Below the pieces are notes generated by a model that was not told the origin of the DNA, searched no databases, and worked only from the letters and a program-made list of their open reading frames with translations. The translations under genes were made by a program, and so were the position numbers. From positions 3,224,001 through 3,288,000 of the forward strand of contig UYFQ01000001.1 of assembly GCA_900617105.1 (NCBI GenBank): a DNA stretch of 64,000 nucleotides. The letters are read 5' to 3'. Positions 59,605 to 64,000 of the stretch are shown piece by piece; the stretch's first letter is position 1; the number at the start of each line of letters is the position of its first letter. This stretch comes from Hydrurus foetidus. Its lineage: Eukaryota.

Positions 59605-60570
59605 ATGATGGGCAAGGCGACTGTTGAACAAGCCGCAGAGCGCATACGCGCGGGCGATCTCGTTGCGTTCCCGACCGAGACGGTGTACGGCCTGGGCGCT
59701 GACGCATCGAACGACGCAGCTGTTGCCAAAATTTTCGCCGCCAAAGGCAGGCCAGCCGACCACCCGCTGATTGTTCATATCGCCAGCGCCGCGCAAGTGC
59801 TTGATTACGCCAGCAGCGTGCCGCCGTTTGCTCAAGCGTTGATAAAAGCCTTCTGGCCCGGCCCCCTCACCGTTATCTTGCCGCGTAAGCCCGGCGTAGC
59901 CACTGCAGCGGCGGGCGGGCAAAACTCGATTGGTCTGCGTTGCCCCGCACACCCGTTGGCGCTTGAATTTTTAAAGCTGTGCAACACCGGCGTTGCCGGG
60001 CCCAGCGCGAATAAATTCGGCCGCGTCAGCCCCACCACGGCCCAGCACGTGGCCCAAGAATTCGGCGATAGCTTGATAGTGCTTGACGGCGGGCCCTGCA
60101 AAGTCGGCATTGAGTCAAGCATCGTCGACTGCACCCGTAGCCAGCCGGTACTGCTGCGGCCCGGCGTGCTGACCCGCGAGCAACTCAGCGCTGCCTGCGG
60201 GCAGCCGGTGTTGAGTGCCGACGAGCAACCCGACGCCGCTCCGCGCGCGCCAGGCACGCTCGAATCGCATTACGCGCCCAACGCAAAAGTGCGATTGATG
60301 CAAGCAGGTGCGATTCAAACCGCACTCGATTTACTGGGCGCAGACGCAGCGCACATTGCCGTGTACGCCCGCAGCATTGTGCGCATTCAATCTGCCAAAG
60401 TCTTGTATCGCCGCATGCCCGACGACGCGCTGGCCACAGCAGAGCAGATGTTTGCAGTGCTGCGCGATTTTGATGCGCAAGGGGTGAAATTGATCTGGAT
60501 TGAGCCCGTACCTGGCGCTGCTGATTGGGACGGCGTGCGCGACCGCTTGGCAAGGGCGGCGGCGAGTTGA
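59605..60570 (+). CDS. tsaC: L-threonylcarbamoyladenylate synthase (Sua5-type)
   Basis: FPTETVYGLGA, KGRPADHPLIVH, PSANKFG and PGTLESHYAP. Confidence 0.95.
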   Translation: MMGKATVEQAAERIRAGDLVAFPTETVYGLGADASNDAAVAKIFAAKGRPADHPLIVHIASAAQVLDYASSVPPFAQALIKAFWPGPLTVILPRKPGVATAAAGGQNSIGLRCPAHPLALEFLKLCNTGVAGPSANKFGRVSPTTAQHVAQEFGDSLIVLDGGPCKVGIESSIVDCTRSQPVLLRPGVLTREQLSAACGQPVLSADEQPDAAPRAPGTLESHYAPNAKVRLMQAGAIQTALDLLGADAAHIAVYARSIVRIQSAKVLYRRMPDDALATAEQMFAVLRDFDAQGVKLIWIEPVPGAADWDGVRDRLARAAAS

Positions 60571-60600
60571 ATTAAGTCGGATCGTAGCTACACTTAAAGC

Positions 60601-60891
60601 ATGCGTCCTTCTGAAGCTCTTCACCTACACCGCTCTCGCATTCGCGAAATTGCGTTAAGTCATCGCGTCAGCAATGTGCGGGTATTTGGTTCAGTATTGA
60701 GCGGCGCCGACGACGCCAACAGTGACCTTGACCTGCTGGTGGAGCCAACTCCACAAACCAGCCTGATGGACATTGCAGCGATTCGCTTTGAGCTGAAAAA
60801 GCTATTGGGAATAGAGGTTGATGTGTTGACGCCGAATGGTTTGCCAGCGAGCTTTCGTGAAACGGTACTGAGGCAGGCTGTTGCCGTATGA
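60601..60891 (+). CDS. Minimal nucleotidyltransferase (MNT) antitoxin
   Basis: VFGSVLSGADDANSDLDLLV (GS-x10-DxD). Confidence 0.9.
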   Translation: MRPSEALHLHRSRIREIALSHRVSNVRVFGSVLSGADDANSDLDLLVEPTPQTSLMDIAAIRFELKKLLGIEVDVLTPNGLPASFRETVLRQAVAV

Positions 60892-61238
60892 ACCGTGCGA
60901 GCGCGCAACGCTGCAACGATTACTTGCGCCACATTGTGGAGGCCATTGATACGATTCAAGGCTACACGGCGGGCTTGGATGCCGCTGCTTTTATTGCTGA
61001 TCGAAAAACTTGCGACGCTGTTATTCGCAACCTTGAAATCGTCGGCGAAGCCTGCAACAACGTGACAAAGCATCACGCTTCATTCGCGGCAGCGCACTCG
61101 TCTATCCCCTGGGGCTTTGCTTATGAAATGCGCAACGCCTTGTCGCATGGCTATTTCAATGTAGACCATGCGATTGTTTGGCAGACCGTGCAAGGCGACT
61201 TGCCGTCGCTTCGCGCGCAAGTTGCCAGCTTGCTTTGA
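60888..61238 (+). CDS. HEPN (DUF86/HepT-like) toxin
   Basis: IRNLEIVGEA and RNALSHGY (Rx4HxY); 4-bp overlap with MNT. Confidence 0.9.
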   Translation: MNRASAQRCNDYLRHIVEAIDTIQGYTAGLDAAAFIADRKTCDAVIRNLEIVGEACNNVTKHHASFAAAHSSIPWGFAYEMRNALSHGYFNVDHAIVWQTVQGDLPSLRAQVASLL

Positions 61239-61289
61239 TTGCTTCGTTTTGCCCGCACCAGCATTGGCCAAAAGCGCAAACGATGCGAC

Positions 61290-61375
61290 GAGTGGTCTGT
61301 CTGTGTGTCATGCTCCGTGTCCCCCTACCTTCGGTCCCCGCCTTAATCTGCGCCTGACACACGGACAGACCGCTC
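61290..61375 (-). repeat. Hairpin element A (21-bp stem around a conserved 44-nt core)
   Basis: Arms 61290-61310 and 61355-61375; core reverse complement GGCGCAGATTAAGGCGGGGACCGAAGGTAGGGGGACACGGAGCA. Confidence 0.75.
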
Positions 61376-61501
61376 TCTAAGGCGAAGTTCCAACACGAAT
61401 GCAATCTGTTTGTATGCTCTTTTTCGAGGATCAGCTTGTGCGCCCCTTAGACCTTGCAGCAACACCTCACGGTATTTTTGGTTTGACTAAATACTTAAAA
61501 A

Positions 61502-61585
61502 AGCGGTTTGCCCAAGCGTCCTGCGGAGGTCAAGGCGGAGGGCGAAGCCCGGGGGACACGTAGCAGGGTGCTTGGGCGAACCGCT
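61502..61585 (+). repeat. Hairpin element B (23-bp stem around the same core, inverted relative to A)
   Basis: Arms 61502-61524 and 61563-61585; core TGCGGAGGTCAAGGCGGAGGGCGAAGCCCGGGGGACACGTAGCA. Confidence 0.75.
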
Positions 61586-61663
61586 GCTGTAAGCATCGTG
61601 GACGAACCAACACCGACATGGGCAAACCGCTGCTGCACCCATCTTTACCAACCAATAGCCGAC

Positions 61664-61888
61664 ATGAGCAAACTAGCCCACACCCGCCTGAAAATCTACA
61701 AAACCATCGCTCGCCAATTGCACGGCCAGGTACCGTGCTGGGTGTGCGGCTTGCATGTTGAGATAGGCGATGCAACGCTGGAGCACATTCAACCGCTGAG
61801 CGAAGGCGGCAACAGCCATGTCGAAAATCTGGCCATCAGTCACGCGGCGTGCAACCAACAGCGTCACGCCAAGTCCCCGGCGGCGTAA
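61664..61888 (+). CDS. Minimal stand-alone HNH endonuclease (74 aa)
   Basis: CWVC...TLEHIQPLSEGG...NLAISHAACN; start assigned to ATG 61664. Confidence 0.8.
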   Translation: MSKLAHTRLKIYKTIARQLHGQVPCWVCGLHVEIGDATLEHIQPLSEGGNSHVENLAISHAACNQQRHAKSPAA

Positions 61889-62013
61889 TCAAGTTGACTT
61901 CAGGGCTGCCGGAGCGCAGCTAGACGGGCCACTGTAAGAAGTCACGGCGGTGTTCGACAAATACTTTTGTGCGCTGTTCAGGCGCGCATTCAATCTTTAT
62001 CAGGAGATGCACC

Positions 62014-62466
62014 ATGACTTTTTTACGCACGCTTGGCCTGACCGTTTTGTTGGCTGCTGGCACACTGGCCCAAGCCGCTGACGGCATGGTGGAGATAAAA
62101 AGCCCATACAGCGCCGCAGTCACCATGACGCGCTTGGAAGACGCTGCCAAACAACGCGGCTTGGTGGTGTTTGCACGCATCGACCACGCAGCGGGTGCCG
62201 CCAAAATCGGCAAAACGCTGCGCCCAACTGAGGTGCTGATTTTTGGCAATCCGCAAGGCGGCACGCCATTGATGGAATGCGCGCAAACCGCAGGCATTGA
62301 TTTGCCTTTGAAGGCGCTGGTGTGGGAAGACGCGGCGGCCCAAGTTTGGGTTGGCTACAACGACCCCGCGTTTTTGGTGCAGCGCCACGGCGCGCCGCAA
62401 TGTGCAGTGGTCGACAACTTGCGCAAAGCACTGGCCGGGCTGGCTGACACCGCTGTAGCCAGGTAA
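62014..62466 (+). CDS. DUF302 domain protein with signal peptide
   Basis: VFARIDHAAGA, FGNPQGGTPLM and IDLPLKALVWED; RBS AGGAG. Confidence 0.92.
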   Translation: MTFLRTLGLTVLLAAGTLAQAADGMVEIKSPYSAAVTMTRLEDAAKQRGLVVFARIDHAAGAAKIGKTLRPTEVLIFGNPQGGTPLMECAQTAGIDLPLKALVWEDAAAQVWVGYNDPAFLVQRHGAPQCAVVDNLRKALAGLADTAVAR

Positions 62467-62489
62467 AAGCGCATGTCAGTTAGCGCGTG

Positions 62490-62765
62490 TCAGTTTGGCG
62501 GCTTGCCGCTGAAGGTGAGTTTCATCACCAAAATTGCAATCGCCAATGCCAGCGTAATGGCGTTAGCCACCACAATTGGCCACGCACCCATCAACAGGCC
62601 GTATACCAGCCACAGCGCCACGCCTACTGTGAAGGCGCTGTACATGCCCAGCGACACACCGCTGACGTTGCGGGTTTTAAAAATCAGCCACACCTGCGGC
62701 ACAAAGCTGGCCGTTGTCAGTATGGCGGCAACGGTGCCAATGATGTCGACGGTGCTGGGCGCCAT
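62490..62765 (-). CDS. SemiSWEET (PQ-loop) sugar transporter
   Basis: LTTASFVPQV, GVSLGMY and WLVYG; three TM helices. Confidence 0.92.
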   Translation of the reverse strand: MAPSTVDIIGTVAAILTTASFVPQVWLIFKTRNVSGVSLGMYSAFTVGVALWLVYGLLMGAWPIVVANAITLALAIAILVMKLTFSGKPPN

Positions 62766-62767
62766 GC

Positions 62768-64000
62768 CTACTTGCTGCCTTCTTTCACAGCCCAGTCCAC
62801 CAACGCCTCAAGCGCCGGGCGGGCGGCTGCCGCGTTCGGGTGATTGATCACACTGACCACCACCAGGCGACGGCCGCTTGGCGTGTGCACGTAGCCAGCC
62901 AGCGCCGTAGCGTCGCGCAGGGTGCCGGTTTTTAAATGGGCGAGGCCTTGCGACACGCGCGACTTGCTGCGCCGCAGCGTGCCGTCTACGCCGGTAATCG
63001 GCAGCGACGTCATCAGCTCGGGCATCACACTAGACGCATACGCGGCTTGCAACATGCGCGCCAGCCCTTGGGGCGTGATGCGCTCCTGGCGCGACAAGCC
63101 CGAGCCGTTGTCCAGCGTGGGCAGATCTTGCTCGCCAAAACGTTCGCGCCACCAGCTGCGCACCACCTCGCGTGAGGCTTCAAAACTCGCTGGCCCCGTG
63201 TTGGTGTTGCCTACGCGCGGCAAACTCAGCGTTAAAAAAAGCTGCTGCGCCATCACGTTGTTGCTGTATTTATTGATGCCTTCAATCGTGTCGGCCAGTG
63301 TGGGCGACGTGACTTCAAACACCGGGCGCACACCAGTTGGGGCACGCCCTTCGCGCACCCGGCCGCTTAATTTGCCGCCAATTTCTTGCCACATGCCTTG
63401 CACGGCACGTTCGGCGTAGCTGGCGGGGTCGGCATACGCAACAGGCCATACCTTTTCGCCACAGGCTGGCGAGTAAGTGCCTTTAAAACTGATGCGAAAC
63501 GGGTCACTGAAATCAGCCGCCAGCGCGCCCCGGTAGTCACCACAATCAGCCAAAGCAGCGCCGTTTTTACCCGCAGCCAGCGGCACACTGGCCTGCATTT
63601 GCACGTTGGCCAGCGGCGGCTCAAAACTGACGCTGGCCACGCCTGCACCGGGGTTGGGCACAAACGTCATGACGACCGATTTGAAGTTGATCAGCAGCGC
63701 ATCGGGCGCGGCGTTGTAGGGCCGCAGCGGCTCGCCGTCAAAGTCTGCCGGGTTAGGCGGCTGCGTGGCAAACGCGCTGCGGTCCAGCAAAATATCGCCG
63801 CTGATGGTTTTAATGCCCAGGCCCTGCACGCGCCGCAGCAGCAGCCACAGCCGCTCCAGCACCAGCTTGGGGTCGCCCTTGCCCTGAATAATCAGGTTGC
63901 CATTGAGCGTGCCGTTGGCTATGGCGCCGTCGGTGTACACGGCGGTGTTCCAGGTGTAGACAGGGCCGAGCAAATCAAGCGCCGCGTAAGTGGTCACTAG
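62768..64000 (-). CDS. dacB: D-alanyl-D-alanine carboxypeptidase/endopeptidase PBP4; 5' part outside the window
   Basis: GDPKL, SxN motif (KYSNN), NGSGLSR and KTG motif (HLKTGTL). Confidence 0.93.
   Translation of the reverse strand, partial: LVTTYAALDLLGPVYTWNTAVYTDGAIANGTLNGNLIIQGKGDPKLVLERLWLLLRRVQGLGIKTISGDILLDRSAFATQPPNPADFDGEPLRPYNAAPDALLINFKSVVMTFVPNPGAGVASVSFEPPLANVQMQASVPLAAGKNGAALADCGDYRGALAADFSDPFRISFKGTYSPACGEKVWPVAYADPASYAERAVQGMWQEIGGKLSGRVREGRAPTGVRPVFEVTSPTLADTIEGINKYSNNVMAQQLFLTLSLPRVGNTNTGPASFEASREVVRSWWRERFGEQDLPTLDNGSGLSRQERITPQGLARMLQAAYASSVMPELMTSLPITGVDGTLRRSKSRVSQGLAHLKTGTLRDATALAGYVHTPSGRRLVVVSVINHPNAAAARPALEALVDWAVKEGSK

Noticed and set aside
61508..61663. N-terminal 52 aa of the 126-aa HNH ORF in the track
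   Set aside because: This is read-through of hairpin B from a TTG; the ATG at 61664 is the more plausible start.
61573..61675. Possible mini CRISPR array
   Set aside because: The intervening segments resemble each other rather than being unique spacers, the repeats are degenerate, and there are no cas genes. Kept only as a tandem-repeat finding.

Overview
This is a chromosomal segment of a betaproteobacterium; gene content and order suggest Comamonadaceae such as Polaromonas or Rhodoferax (inference). The housekeeping backbone runs: partial yhdP, glnE, a TetR-regulated RND efflux operon, an rfaE domain II/ferritin-like pair, glutathione peroxidase with a cfa/DUF1365 lipid-modification cluster resembling the furan fatty acid genes, sigma54-driven urtABCDE, GST, purB, dps, ubiA, proC, pyk, fba, purC, purE, purK, Sua5/tsaC and partial dacB. 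Three accessory patches interrupt it. (1) A defence island at 32.0-42.6 kb: PLD-like/SNF2 helicase, DUF4391, type III Mod, RhuM and Res. (2) A hotspot around purC at 49-56 kb with three toxin-antitoxin modules, two integron-type cassettes with attC sites but no integrase, an ankyrin remnant and a complete IS4. (3) An MNT-HEPN module, twin hairpin elements and a mini-HNH at 60.6-61.9 kb. Five unexplained signals stand out. (a) A fixed-length 43-bp double-dyad motif occurs 12 times, six of them in frame inside proteins including PurK and UbiA. (b) The purC 3' end is present three times in tandem, each extra copy closing a TA cargo. (c) A two-cassette attC remnant lacks an integrase. (d) The IS4 transposase has a likely +1 frameshift at CCC_TGA. 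(e) Two inverted hairpin elements share a covarying core but have unrelated stems. I recognised no rRNA, tRNA or CRISPR array. All calls come from reading the sequence; no searches were run.
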